A stretch of DNA of 64,000 bases from Octopus bimaculoides (lineage: Eukaryota), in contig NC_068996.1 of NCBI RefSeq assembly GCF_001194135.2, forward strand, positions 55,427,931 through 55,491,930, in the 5' to 3' direction. This document shows, piece by piece, positions 51,955 to 64,000 of this stretch (positions within the stretch are counted from its first letter, which is position 1; each line of letters begins with the position of its first letter). The position numbers and the translations under genes are program-made. The notes under the pieces are model-generated. The model saw only the letters and a program-made list of their open reading frames with translations. It had not been told where the DNA came from and did no database searches.

Positions 51955-52079
51955 TGAATCCAATAAATACGACAGAATCTTACCGTCGTTTCCGGGAATG
52001 TGCGAAGAAGTGTGTAGGTAAATCCTTTTCAACTTCAGTAATTCACATTTCCTTCATCAGAGAATACGCACGGATTCAG
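51955..52079 (-). ncRNA. Degenerate type I hammerhead ribozyme-like motif
   Basis: Minus strand: CUGAUGA (52060-52054), stem II aggaaatgtg/cacattcccg, GAAA (51992-51989), stem III cgacgg/ctgtcg, GUA triplet (51970-51968), distal stem I gaatccg/tggattc. The proximal stem I is unpaired. Confidence 0.55.
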
Positions 52080-52189
52080 AATTTTAAATAAAATCATAGA
52101 ATTTTTCGTGATATTCTAAGAATATGTTTAAGCTGTTGTGATTATATACAAGTATAAAAATTTTATAAATTTCGGGATTCCAGGTCATT

Positions 52190-53902
52190 TTATTTTATTT
52201 TAGACATAAAGGCCTGATACAGAGGGTGCAGCACAAGGACAGACAAAAAGCAGGGGAAAAAATAAACGAATGAGAAAGATGGCATGAAATAATGATGAAT
52301 GGATGAAATGAAGGTCACTCGAACGCCACAATCCAACTGACCTCATTTAACCTTTTAACACATTTTAAACAATAATGAAAACCATTTGAAAGCACAGTTA
52401 ATGATTCCATTTCGAAGTTTTTAAAATAGTTATTATGGAAGCCTACCGTTCGCGGCAGTTGGCCAGTGTTGACCTCTTGCCGCATGTCGATGACGTTCTT
52501 CCCATATTTCTCCATCAGACTGAGTCGGTTTTCGTTATTCACCAGAGCGCACTCCACATGAGTAGGCCATCCCTTACACCCCGATACGTTCACCTTTACG
52601 GGAGAGTTCAAGTCACATTTCTCTTCTCTTAACTCTTTATGAGTTGTTGTACAAGACAATACAACACGTTTCTTTTTGGGGTGGAGATTGGGGAATTTTC
52701 AGGCTCTTGTTTGTCTGCATTTGTGTCTATGTCTGGTGGGGAAGGGGGAGGGTTGGTGACTTCAGGGGAAGGGTGGGACTGAATGGGGCAGGGTGGGGCC
52801 TTCACATTTTCAACTTGTATTCTTCTCTTTCTCTTTTTCCTATTTTTTGTTGACTGTACTCCATTCCTCTGTTGTTTCTTCCATCGCTTGGGTTTCCTCT
52901 TCTTTGTCCGGTTCCTCCTCACACTTCTGTACCGTATGACGTCGCAGGAGGTGGAGGTGCGATTTCCTGAATTACTTTGCGACAGGTGGAAGGCACTCCG
53001 TTCTTATGTGGCCCTTCTGGACACACTTATAACATCGGGGCGTCGTGCCCTCCACCATGACTCTCAGCTTCACCTCATCGCCCACCAATATGGTGTCGAC
53101 CATCTTTTCCAGATCCTCCGGAGCGGTCTGGATGATCACCCCCAGGCCTTGCCCTTGCCAATTTCTCTGCGATATACGTGTAGCTTGGAGGACCACAACC
53201 TTCTCTTCTAAACCTAATAGGATGGCTGCCATCAGCCAGGCAACATTTACCTCTGGAGGGATTTCTTTCAACCTTACTCTGGAAACACGTCTTCCCAGGT
53301 AAATGGGCAGAAGAGTCACCTCATCTGTCTTGAGGTAAGCTGCCTATTGCCTCAGTTGCAAACCACACTTCCACCGTCGCGTACTTTCTTCCTCTGGCAA
53401 GGTACGTAATGTCCTGCCAGATGGGTCGCAGCGCTTTTTCAACACGAGAGCTTGTTGCTACTTCTATCTTTTGCAATTTCAGGTTGTACGTTCTGTACAT
53501 TATCATCTTCTCCTTCACTTGTTTTGTAGTCTCGCTGGGAGGGGCTCAGCTTTACTTCGTGCCCCTCCCTCTTCAACATTGCCTTGAATTTTTCAAATTT
53601 CTCCCTCTCGATGCATATATCTTCCTTTCTTCCTCTAGCTGCATCCTCAGAATTTCTCTTACTTTCCTCCTCCATTGCCTGGTCAATTATTTTTATTCTC
53701 TTCAGTAACTCTTCAGATGATGTCATTTCTGACGAGCTAACACTCTCGTACATCATTTTTGATAATAGCGCTTCCCACTTCAAACAAGGGGGAAAGCGTC
53801 AACAGTACCGCTGCAAGGCAGCAAAACAAGGCCTTGTTAAACACAAAACAAATATAATAAGCAGTAATTGAACAATAAATTTAACGGAGTGACTTACTGG
53901 GA
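52190..53902 (-). mobile_element. ORF1-only non-LTR retroposon (HAL1/half-LINE-like)
   Basis: 13-bp TSD attccaggtcatt (52177-52189 and 53903-53915), (TAAAA)n 3' tail, and a single frameshifted gag/ORF1-like reading frame. No endonuclease or RT motifs seen. Confidence 0.8.
52315..53756 (-). pseudogene. Frameshifted LINE ORF1/gag-like protein with CCHC zinc knuckle
   Basis: Charged N-terminus, RRM-like segments (YLARGRKYATVEVWF; RVRLKEIPPEV), knuckle CYKCVQKGHIRTEC at 52993-53034, and a basic/Pro-rich C-terminal region. Split across five ORF-track entries. Confidence 0.75.
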
Positions 53903-54067
53903 ATTCCAGGTCATTGAACGAACGTTCATAGTGTACAACTACTAAGAAAATTACCAAAAGATTTTGCAAAATGTATACATTTAGCTAGTCCATGCACGAA
54001 TATAACCAAGGATGAGTTCAAAATTTAGTGGGGTATGATAATTTAAAGTGCATAGATTAATGAATTA

Positions 54068-54830
54068 TTATACTGAAAGAAATTTAAAAGGAGAAAAGTA
54101 TTTATGTCGACATGAAATCAAACATTCAGAGATCTTGTTAAGCAATAATTTTTAATCGGTTCGTAGTATGTTAATGGCTTCCTTAATGCATAATTTGCAA
54201 AGTTTTGTATGAGTATTATATGGAGTAGATTCACTCAGACCATTCAAAAAAATATTTATTACTATTTTTTAATTTATTGATATAAATATTCAGGGCCGCT
54301 GAGTTTTTAGATTTCTTATTTATAAACGAGTTTAAATGCGCCTTATACCTGACTTTGAAATCAATAGTATTCCCTGTATATACTATCTTAGGATCCTTTA
54401 AGGCGCTTAGTTCGCACTTATATACGACGTTTCTACGTAGGCACTGACTGTTTAAAGGACAGACGTTTTGGGATCGGAAGTTGCATTTTTTTCCCCCGGG
54501 ACAATCATTTTCCATGTCATACCTAGCTTACTGGCATTATTATCAATCTTATTTCGCAATTTAAATCTATTATTCGTTGCTATAATCGACCCCAAGTTTG
54601 GCGTCGTAGAATAAGATAATTTCAAAGATGATCTTTTAAATATAGAATGATACTTATGTTCTAAGGGGAAGTTCCTATTGATTAATCTAAAAGACATCTT
54701 AGGGAGGTTCCTAATCTGAAGGGAAAATGGAGAAGTAAACCAGATTATATCCCATTTTTGAGATGTTTTATGACCAGATTGTCTGCTCAAATTTGTGTTC
54801 TCCGCGATCTTATAATTCAAATGATTGTTA
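54068..54830 (-). mobile_element. Penelope-like element, GIY-YIG-containing C-terminal ORF remnant
   Basis: IIWFTSPFS..FPLEHKYHSIFKRSSLKLSYSTTPNL, CNFRSQNVCPLNSQCLRRNVVYKC..YTGNT..FKVRYKAH, CKLCIKE and LLNKISE..CRH. Confidence 0.9.
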
Positions 54831-54929
54831 TTCCTATTCTGTCTATATTTGAGCCTGAATTCAGGAGGATCAGTACCATAATGGACACCTACCTACCTAC
54901 CTACCTACCTACCTATCTGTCTTTAACTT

Positions 54930-55110
54930 AGTAAAGGCGGTAGAATAGCACGCCGGCATTTCGTCCGTCTTTACGTTTTGAGTTCAAATTCCACCGAGGT
55001 CGGTTTTGCTATTCATATTTTCAGAGTCGATGAAATAAGTGCCACTTGGGCAATGGGGTCGATGTAATCGACATGCCCCTCCCATGAAATTGTTGGACTT
55101 GTGCCAAAAT
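54930..55110 (+). mobile_element. Family C SINE
   Basis: gagttcaaattccaccgaggtcggttttgc..gagtcgatgaaataagtgcc..ggggtcgatgtaatcgac. Confidence 0.75.
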
Positions 55111-55872
55111 TTGTAATCAATAGTTAACCAAGAAAGGGCTGTGAACTGCCAGAAACTAAATTTAGTTCTCAAAAAAGTAGAGAGAGAGAAGCAAGAGAAA
55201 AATAAAAATTATTAAAATTTTTATTTGTTAAGGTTATCTCTACATATATTCTATACAAATTATATTCAGCACTGATTTTTGTTACAGTGTTTCGTATACG
55301 AGGCGTCAGATGTAAACAATGAGATCGAAGATGAAAAATGGGTAACGGGCGTATATGTCATATTTTGGGGAGTTTTTTCCCCTTCATCAGCAAAAGGAAA
55401 TACCACGTACCTACAAGTCATTAGTATTAAATCCTTTCTCGATTTTGTTTAAAAATTTTGCTTTGCAACCTCTAGTTTCCATTTCAGTACCACTGAATGA
55501 CGTCTTGGACAAGTGTCTTTATACTATAGGTCCAGCTCGATCAATGTTTCGCGCGAGTGAATTTGCTTGACACTGCGTGTAGTATATATATATATATATA
55601 AATTTTTCTCTGTTCTATAAGACAAAATATACAAGTATACGAAGTTTTAAAGTGTTTCGGTAGAAAACACACTAAATAAAACATAAATAAAGAATGGCGC
55701 CCGCCAAATCAGAAAGATCCTATATATATATACACACACACACCGTTTACAACATAAGAATTTAGAAACTTCGGGAGAACGCGAAATAATTCATTCTTAA
55801 GGAATCGAGGTAAAGTCTACATACTCTTATAGCTTTATGTACATCGAAGTCTACATTTGATATATAATCGTA

Positions 55873-55907
<35 letters not shown>

Positions 55908-56689
55908 ATGCTTGTCCTTATCCCTTGACCATCGCTGTTAGTTTGTTTACAACCCTGTAACCTAACGGTTCGGTAAAAGAGACCGATAGAATAAGTACCA
56001 GGCTTAAAAAACAAAAGCAAAACCTCCCCGTAAGTACTGGGATCGATTTGTTCGATTAAAACAGTGCTCCAGTATGGCCGCAGTCCAATGACTGAAAGAA
56101 GTAAAACACAGAAGAAAAAAGATTATTTTCCATGCGCAGTTTCAATCTCTGGTTCTCATGAGCGCCGTGTAGAATTATTCGAAAAGGACGGCAGAAGACA
56201 GATATACGTCAACATGAACGTATGGCTGATCTTGCTACTTGTTAACGGCCGTTGTAAGGGAACGGCTAAAAGTAACGTTTGTTTAAACAGTAAAGGGAAC
56301 TTTAATATCATTGGGTTTAATCTCGGTTTGAACACCTCACTTCATTTTTAAAAGCCATTCAAAATTTGTCCATTAAAATAGAGATCAAAAAGAGATTTTA
56401 CTAAAACTCGTTGTCCATGAAACCAGAAATGTCCAATATACGGCCCGTGGCAATGCTTAGACGAATATCTAAGCTCAATTCTATAGATAAGGATTTTTAT
56501 TATTTCTAATTTAAGATATTCTGTAAAGCATATTGCGCCATTACACGTTCAGAGATGTTTTAACTTGGCCATCCATCCCTCCATCCATCCATCCATCCAT
56601 CCATCCACTTTCTCCACTCACTATTCTTAGGAGAGTGGTGGGGGTAGAGTCCTCAGGAATTTCTCCATAGGGTCCTATCAGAAACATGA

Positions 56690-56860
56690 CCAACCAGATA
56701 TTTGCTCTACGGCAGAACCGGTGAGAAATATTGCTAAGAAGTGTACGCTTGCTTTGTAGACCTCAAAAAAGAATGCGGCCACATGCCGTGGGAAATACGG
56801 TGGAGGGTTTTGAATGAGTTTCAGATTAAGGGGCAACATCTGATTGCCGCGCAGTCCTTT
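56690..56860 (+). mobile_element. Small non-LTR RT fragment (RTE-like)
   Basis: TNQIFALRQ / YACFVDLKK..HMPWEIRWRVLNEF, matching RT motifs IF.LRQ..FVDL.KAYD.VP. Confidence 0.55.
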
Positions 56861-57099
56861 TTCACTCGACCCCTTTATCAATTGATCCCACCCATATCCA
56901 TTTACTTTGGTTTGAGTTTTTGCCCCTAACCGACCTCTGTGAATCTAGTCTATACTTCTACTAGGCCTGCAAAACCGAACGAGTTTTATACTCCTCCATT
57001 CTCTTCTCTGAATTGGATGATATATAGTAATAATCATAGAAACAACTTTTAGGTTCTTGATATTTGGTGCTATTCCCACCAAAACCATTGTGTTTATCA

Positions 57100-57699
57100 A
57101 TTCAACTGGATAATCCGTCAATATTTCTTCATCCGTGTCATCAATTTTCGGGACAGATGGTCTTTATCAATTTTGGACAAAGTACTAATTATGGTGGCCA
57201 TGAGAGATTGTTATGGAGTGTTATGGAGATATTGATTGACCTCGCTCTCAACTACCGCCCCCCCCATCTATACGTAATAGTCCAGTGGATTGAGGTCTGG
57301 TGAGCTAAGAGGACACGTGTGTGGGAGAACATGATAATAGAAATTGGCACGCTTGGGCTGTCTTAAATTTATGAGACGGCGCGGGGTCTTGTTGGAAGAT
57401 GTACAGTCTTTCTTTCCGTACTCTGTCTATTCAGAGCCTCGCAAATTTCTCCATTCCAGGTTTTATTTTACCGATTATATTTTGGACTTTTTGTACAAAA
57501 TTCTGATTGTGTTATGGCCTTGTACATGCGTTTTGTGTCTAGGTGATGATGTTGGATCCTCGTCAGCATCTTCCAGTTTCTGTCGAACTTTGACAACGAA
57601 GGATTGGACAACTTTCAGGAAGCGAGCCATCTCTATATTGATGTACTGTACTTTTAAGGCAAAGATTTTATCGCGTGCCGTTTCATTTGGCGAGTCATC

Positions 57700-57700
<1 letters not shown>
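57100..57700 (-). mobile_element. Internally deleted mariner-type transposase remnant
   Basis: N-terminal MKRHA..ALK..EMARFLKV..SFV.KVR and C-terminal YIFQQDPAPSHK..SPDLNPLDYYV (Asp at the third catalytic position). The middle is missing. Confidence 0.75.
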
Positions 57701-57730
<30 letters not shown>

Positions 57731-57777
57731 TGTGTGTATGTATGTATGTATGTATGTATGTATGTATGTATGTATGC

Positions 57778-58430
57778 ACCAGGAAATCCATATGTGAAAC
57801 CAGATATCTTGGTTGAAGGAACAATTCTGAAGGTAGTAGACAAGTTTGTCTACCTGGGCAGCACACTCAGCCGTTCTTGCTCCCTGAATGAGGAAATATG
57901 TTTCAGGTTACAGAGAGCAACTAATTCCTTCCGGTCTCTGCAGTCTCATGTCTGGTCCCAGCATGGCATAGCAAGGCAAACAAAAGTTGCTGTGTACCGT
58001 ACTTGTGTATTAACATCCCTCCTCTACTCATGTGAGACATGAACTCTGTACAAACGTCAGGTAAGGGTCCTTGAACGCTTTCATCAGAGATGTCTCAGAC
58101 ACATTCTCAATGTTGGCTGGACCTCAAAAATTCCAGACACACAGGTCCTGAGGACAGCTGATATCTTGAGTATTGAGGCAATGGTGCACAAACAACGGTT
58201 ACGTTGGACTGGACACCTTATTAGAATGAAGGATAGCAGGATTCCTAAGCAGATGCTATATGGAGAACTTGTGAATGGAAGGAGACTCCGGCAGAAACCA
58301 AGGCTGCGCTTTAAGGACTGTGTCAAGTCCTCATTGAAGGCCTGTGATATGCAGGACACTGACTGGGAGAACAATGCTTGTCATCGCCACAGATGGAGGA
58401 AGCAGGTTAAGGAGGGGATCGACACTTTTG
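57778..58430 (+). mobile_element. RTE (BovB-like) LINE fragment running into a gap
   Basis: LKVVDKFVYLGSTLS..TKVAVYRTCVLTSLLYSCET*TLY..FHQRCLRHIL..RLRWTGHLIRMKDSRIPKQMLYGEL..PRLRFKDCVK. Confidence 0.92.
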
Positions 58431-59432
58431 NNNNNNNNNNNNNNNNNNNNNNNNNNNNNNNNNNNNNNNNNNNNNNNNNNNNNNNNNNNNNNNNNNNNNN
58501 NNNNNNNNNNNNNNNNNNNNNNNNNNNNNNNNNNNNNNNNNNNNNNNNNNNNNNNNNNNNNNNNNNNNNNNNNNNNNNNNNNNNNNNNNNNNNNNNNNNN
58601 NNNNNNNNNNNNNNNNNNNNNNNNNNNNNNNNNNNNNNNNNNNNNNNNNNNNNNNNNNNNNNNNNNNNNNNNNNNNNNNNNNNNNNNNNNNNNNNNNNNN
58701 NNNNNNNNNNNNNNNNNNNNNNNNNNNNNNNNNNNNNNNNNNNNNNNNNNNNNNNNNNNNNNNNNNNNNNNNNNNNNNNNNNNNNNNNNNNNNNNNNNNN
58801 NNNNNNNNNNNNNNNNNNNNNNNNNNNNNNNNNNNNNNNNNNNNNNNNNNNNNNNNNNNNNNNNNNNNNNNNNNNNNNNNNNNNNNNNNNNNNNNNNNNN
58901 NNNNNNNNNNNNNNNNNNNNNNNNNNNNNNNNNNNNNNNNNNNNNNNNNNNNNNNNNNNNNNNNNNNNNNNNNNNNNNNNNNNNNNNNNNNNNNNNNNNN
59001 NNNNNNNNNNNNNNNNNNNNNNNNNNNNNNNNNNNNNNNNNNNNNNNNNNNNNNNNNNNNNNNNNNNNNNNNNNNNNNNNNNNNNNNNNNGGTTTTCATT
59101 GCGAAAGCAAATTATCAAGAAGAAAGAGAATGAAAATGTTTTTTACAAAGAAGTACAAAATGAAGAAAATAATATATAAAAAAATAATATATAAAAAAAT
59201 GAATATACCCTTACATTATATCATCTTTGAGCTTTTGAAGTTCAATAGTAGTTCATGTATATAATGGTAGGAAAAATAAGGATGCATGAGAGTTGAGAGT
59301 TTTGTTAGGTTTAAAAAAAAGGGTTAAAAGTTTGTGTTAAGCAGGAAATGTGGTGTCAAAACAGCATGTATGTATGTATGTATGTATGTATGCATGCATG
59401 CATGCATGTATGTATGTATGTATGTATGTATG

Positions 59433-59463
<31 letters not shown>

Positions 59464-59665
59464 TTGTGAGATACGTTAAATAGCATACAACATAAATTCT
59501 TGATTTATTAAAATTATCTCCGCCTCTGGAGGATGTATTATAATTACCAAGACGATTATGAGTAGCGCCATTTGAGAAGGGGAGATAATCTCAAGATGAA
59601 AAAAAAATCCAAGATTGACATATTAAGGAAATGGACACGGACACACACGTGTACTCACACGTGTA

Positions 59666-59673
59666 CACACACG

Positions 59674-59760
<87 letters not shown>
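59666..59760. repeat. (CA)n microsatellite
   Basis: Direct observation. Confidence 0.97.
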
Positions 59761-59768
<8 letters not shown>

Positions 59769-61977
59769 CATAAGTTTCACATGCAGTTATATTTTCAAGA
59801 AATAAAAGAACGTCTATATTTTTGAAGCTGAAATTAAGTTTGTTGGTACACATCCGATTCATTATTCCATGGAGGTGACTTGCCATTTTCTAAATATGTT
59901 ACTTCACAATTTCATTACCATAATTCTTTGTATCTCCGCTCCTTCAAGCCTGCGTTTCTTAAATGTGTTTCTTGTTCGATTATATTTTGGTAGTTCTTAG
60001 ACTGACTGGCTTCTTATTGCACCTGTTTTTTATTATTTTTTATTTTTTTACGATGAGGAGACACTGGAATGTCTTTGTTAAATTCTTTTCTGTTTTTTTT
60101 TTAATTGTTCTTGAAATGGGTGTCCTTTTTGGTTGCTTCCTCGCAGAGACAAAGAATTTATGTTATATGATATTTGATATACCTGTATGTTTTCTATGTT
60201 CAAATACATGTCACTGACAGCTCAGAGTTACTTCTCTCAGATCATTTTCGATCATATATATAATAATCAATCAGTATACGCAATTCGAAACAGTATTAAA
60301 TAAGAATCGCCAGCTGTGTAATGTAGTAATCGTATATGCACTGTTAGAAGATACGATGCTGAAGAATTTTATCTCTGAAAATTCCTCAGCTTCATACCTT
60401 GTAACGGTGTACATACGTTTAGCATGACACACAGCTGGTGATTTTAATTTACTACTGCTTCAATTGCATACACTGAATTTTTCTAAAGCTCGTCAAGCTT
60501 CTGCAATATCAGTGAATGTTATAAATATATGTAATCGAACATCTGAGTAGGGCTGCTCAAAGCCCCTATTTCGGCTCAATAAAACACACATGACAATAAC
60601 TTAGAAATAATCTGGTGATTAGTTTCCAAAGATAATTGATTCTATTCCAACTGAATGTACTCCTAACAAGGGTGGTCATGGACGGATTCAGTTGAAAACT
60701 AAACATAAATAGTGCCAAATTAAGACATTCAATTTCTGAAGAATTGAGAACGTTATTCTGCATGGAAGTTTGTAGGAACGCACGCATACATTTTCCGAAT
60801 AGTGCAATGGAAACTTGAAGACATTGTTTAAGAAAGTGCATCAATGCGCGAACGCAAGAATATAACAGTGTGTGTGTATGTGTGTATGTGTGTGTGTGTG
60901 TGTGTGTGCGTGCGTGCGTGTTTGTGCGCCAGTGCTTGTGCGTTCGTGCGCGTGGGCACCACTATCAATGTGTAAAGCACGTGCTTAGCCGAGAATTTAT
61001 ATTCGCATCTTTTTTTTTTCGGATGCATACATGTTTGGCATCAGCCTCCATATTACGCCAGCACCACCACCACCACAACAACAACAACAACTACAAACAT
61101 AACCACCACCACCACCACCACCACCACCACCACCACCACCACCACAACTACAACTACAAACATAACCACAACATTCTCATCATCATAATCGTTTTCAGCG
61201 TCAGTATCATATCTGATTGTTGCTGTTGTTGTAAAAGTTGGATGAGGGGAGGAAGGGAGGTGGGGGAGGACAAGAATGGATAATAATCTAGGCCAAGCAT
61301 TTGCTGGATGTGTGTGTGTGTGTGTATTGGCAGATGTTGGTGTATATGAATGCCAGGGCGGGTGTATAAGCGGGTGACTGTGTCAGTATTGCACTTAAAT
61401 ATGTATACTACGCATGTATGTACATACATACATACATACAAACATACATATATACATACATACATACATACATACATGCATGCATACATACATACATACA
61501 TACATACATACATGCATATATACATATATACACACACACACGCACACTTACTCACGTACACACATTAATATGTATTTATAAATTTAATGATTTATGTGTG
61601 TGCGTGTATACTTTTATAAACACACACATACTGTTTGTATGGGTACGTGTATGTGAGATAGATAAATAGATAGATAGAGAGAGAGAGAGAAAGAGAAAGA
61701 GAGAGAGAGAGAGTGAGAGAGAGAGAGAGATACAGACAGACAGACAGACAGACAGACAGAGAGAGAGAGAGAGAGAACAATGTGACTTGCCTTTTCGGCT
61801 GAGGTGAGTCATTCTGAGATTATCTCGCAACAATACTAACAACGGACCCCAGAAAATATTTATTATTATACTCTAAGCTTTCTTACACTCCCCTTCTCTC
61901 TCCCTCTCTCTTTCGCTCTCCGCATACACCAACACATACACACATACATACATACGTACATACATACATACATACAT

Positions 61978-62022
<45 letters not shown>

Positions 62023-63618
62023 NNNNNNNNNNNNNNNNNNNNNNNNNNNNNNNNNNNNNNNNNNNNNNNNNNNNNNNNNNNNNNNNNNNNNNNNNNNNNN
62101 NNNNNNNNNNNNNNNNNNNNNNNNNNNNNNNNNNNNNNNNNNNNNNNNNNNNNNNNNNNNNNNNNNNNNNNNNNNNNNNNNNNNNNNNNNNNNNNNNNNN
62201 NNNNNNNNNNNNNNNNNNNNNNNNNNNNNNNNNNNNNNNNNNNNNNNNNNNNNNNNNNNNNNNNNNNNNNNNNNNNNNNNNNNNNNNNNNNNNNNNNNNN
62301 NNNNNNNNNNNNNNNNNNNNNNNNNNNNNNNNNNNNNNNNNNNNNNNNNNNNNNNNNNNNNNNNNNNNNNNNNNNNNNNNNNNNNNNNNNNNNNNNNNNN
62401 NNNNNNNNNNNNNNNNNNNNNNNNNNNNNNNNNNNNNNNNNNNNNNNNNNNNNNNNNNNNNNNNNNNNNNNNNNNNNNNNNNNNNNNNNNNNNNNNNNNN
62501 NNNNNNNNNNNNNNNNNNNNNNNNNNNNNNNNNNNNNNNNNNNNNNNNNNNNNNNNNNNNNNNNNNNNNNNNNNNNNNNNNNNNNNNNNNNNNNNNNNNN
62601 NNNNNNNNNNNNNNNNNNNNNNNNNNNNNNNNNNNNNNNNNNNNNNNNNNNNNNNNNNNNNNNNNNNNNNNNNNNNNNNNGCAAAACGCGTATAATGAAT
62701 AAGTTCCTTTAATCCCTATATATACTTAAAAAATTATGTGCACTCTACTCCAAAGAAGTGAAAGGTGCTGGAAAATGGACATAAATTCATCGTCAGGGAA
62801 CCATCTTACAAAAGCAAGACATGCGCTAAATGCTAAGGTTGCGTACGAGTAATAACACTATATAGCTAAGTTAAATGACCGTTAGAAACAAGAACGCTAG
62901 TTTACAGGGAGTTGTTAAGGGAGAGAGGCTATGAACGCTATACTAAGAGTTTAAATTAAAAGAAGACATAATGAACCGCAGTGAAATCCAAAAATCTAAA
63001 AGTTAATAGTAACAAAAATCTTAGAAAAGAAGAAAGGGAGAGAATCCAATGAATTCTTTATATACTACTCCTTGTGTAAACAAACGTATATGAAGTAAAA
63101 TTAAGTATAGATTGTAAATATAATTAATTAAACAACCATAGCATTGTATCGTATTAAGATACGGTTATCAACCTAAATAAATGGTAATACAAGGTACAAA
63201 ACTATCATGTGATGAAATAATAAGAATAAACATGCTTACGATAACAAGATCGATAGTATGTACATAAATATACCAGTATACTTAAAACTCAACGAATATA
63301 GCTTTTCTGGGAAAGACTTGCTGAACCAACTATAGAAGGGGAAAGAGTAAAAACAACTGGCGTTGGAGTAAGATATAATTGTTATTTAAGATAATATTTT
63401 AATGTTATTATTCTTGTTCTTGTTATTATTATTATAATAAATATAAAAATAAATTTATTATTATCATTATTACTATTATTGTTATTGTCTAAAGTTAAGG
63501 GTAAATACTAAGTTGGGTGATTGTACATACCACTTGTAAGGTGGCTGTCCACTAGTGAGAATGTTATTAGGTGAAAAAATAAAAATAATAATAACTAAAA
63601 TTAGTAAAAAGGATGAAA

Positions 63619-64000
63619 TTAATGAAACGAACTGAAGGTGTGTTTCCTCCAATGCTGGCATCTGTATGCTCTCTGTGTTATCTGGTTAACTAAATTATTC
63701 TTGGAGAACAGAATGTGGAATAGCTCCAAATTACAGAGAGGACAAAAATCTTTACCCTTGTCGTAGGGTACTGAGGTAGCCAGTATTGACCATTCCAAAG
63801 AGAATTGTTTATTGCAGTCCTTAAGTTTCCAGATTAACTTACTTAGACCGGTACTATTATTTTTATTCCTATTCCTAAAGGAAGAATAATGGTTGGAAAT
63901 TCTCTTGGAGACCTGCGTCGAGGAGCTACCAATATAATGCGAGACCTCTGTGTTAGTCGTTACCTTACATTGATAAACCACATTTTTGGTCCTGGCATTC
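63619..64000 (-). mobile_element. Penelope-like GIY-YIG C-terminal ORF (continues beyond the window)
   Basis: NVVYQCKV..HYIGSSS..KRISNHYSSFR..STGLSKLIWKLKD..LEWSIL..PY..CPLCNLE..YRCQH. Confidence 0.9.

Noticed and set aside
57344-58042. 232-aa ORF as a host gene
   Set aside because: It is a chance read-through of antisense mariner sequence, a (TATG)n tract and an RTE fragment.
39068-62684. Long ORFs in the track containing X runs or [16 protein letters not shown] repeats
   Set aside because: They span N gaps or microsatellites and are not evidence of coding.

Overview
AT-rich, microsatellite-dense eukaryotic DNA with many N gaps. The SINE and LINE families resemble those I recall from octopus/coleoid cephalopod genomes (inference; no search run). 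No host protein-coding gene can be supported. Every recognisable coding sequence is a decayed transposon: RTE LINEs, R4/Dong-like LINEs with a restriction-like endonuclease, Penelope-like GIY-YIG elements, an L1/Tx1-like 3' end, and mariner and pogo/Tigger transposase remnants. At least four SINE-like families are present. The most notable structures are: (1) a 1.7-kb retroposon flanked by a 13-bp target-site duplication (TSD) that encodes only an ORF1/gag-like CCHC protein and has no RT, apparently nested in the 3' region of a Penelope-like element; (2) a degenerate hammerhead-ribozyme motif in that same 3' region; (3) a solo LTR with TG..CA ends and a 5-bp TSD; (4) a ~70-unit 25-bp minisatellite with higher-order structure, grown inside an RTE 3' UTR; (5) a shift near 37 kb from CpG-depleted to CpG-retaining DNA, which coincides with loss of one repeat family. 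Boundaries of decayed repeats are approximate and identities were judged by eye.
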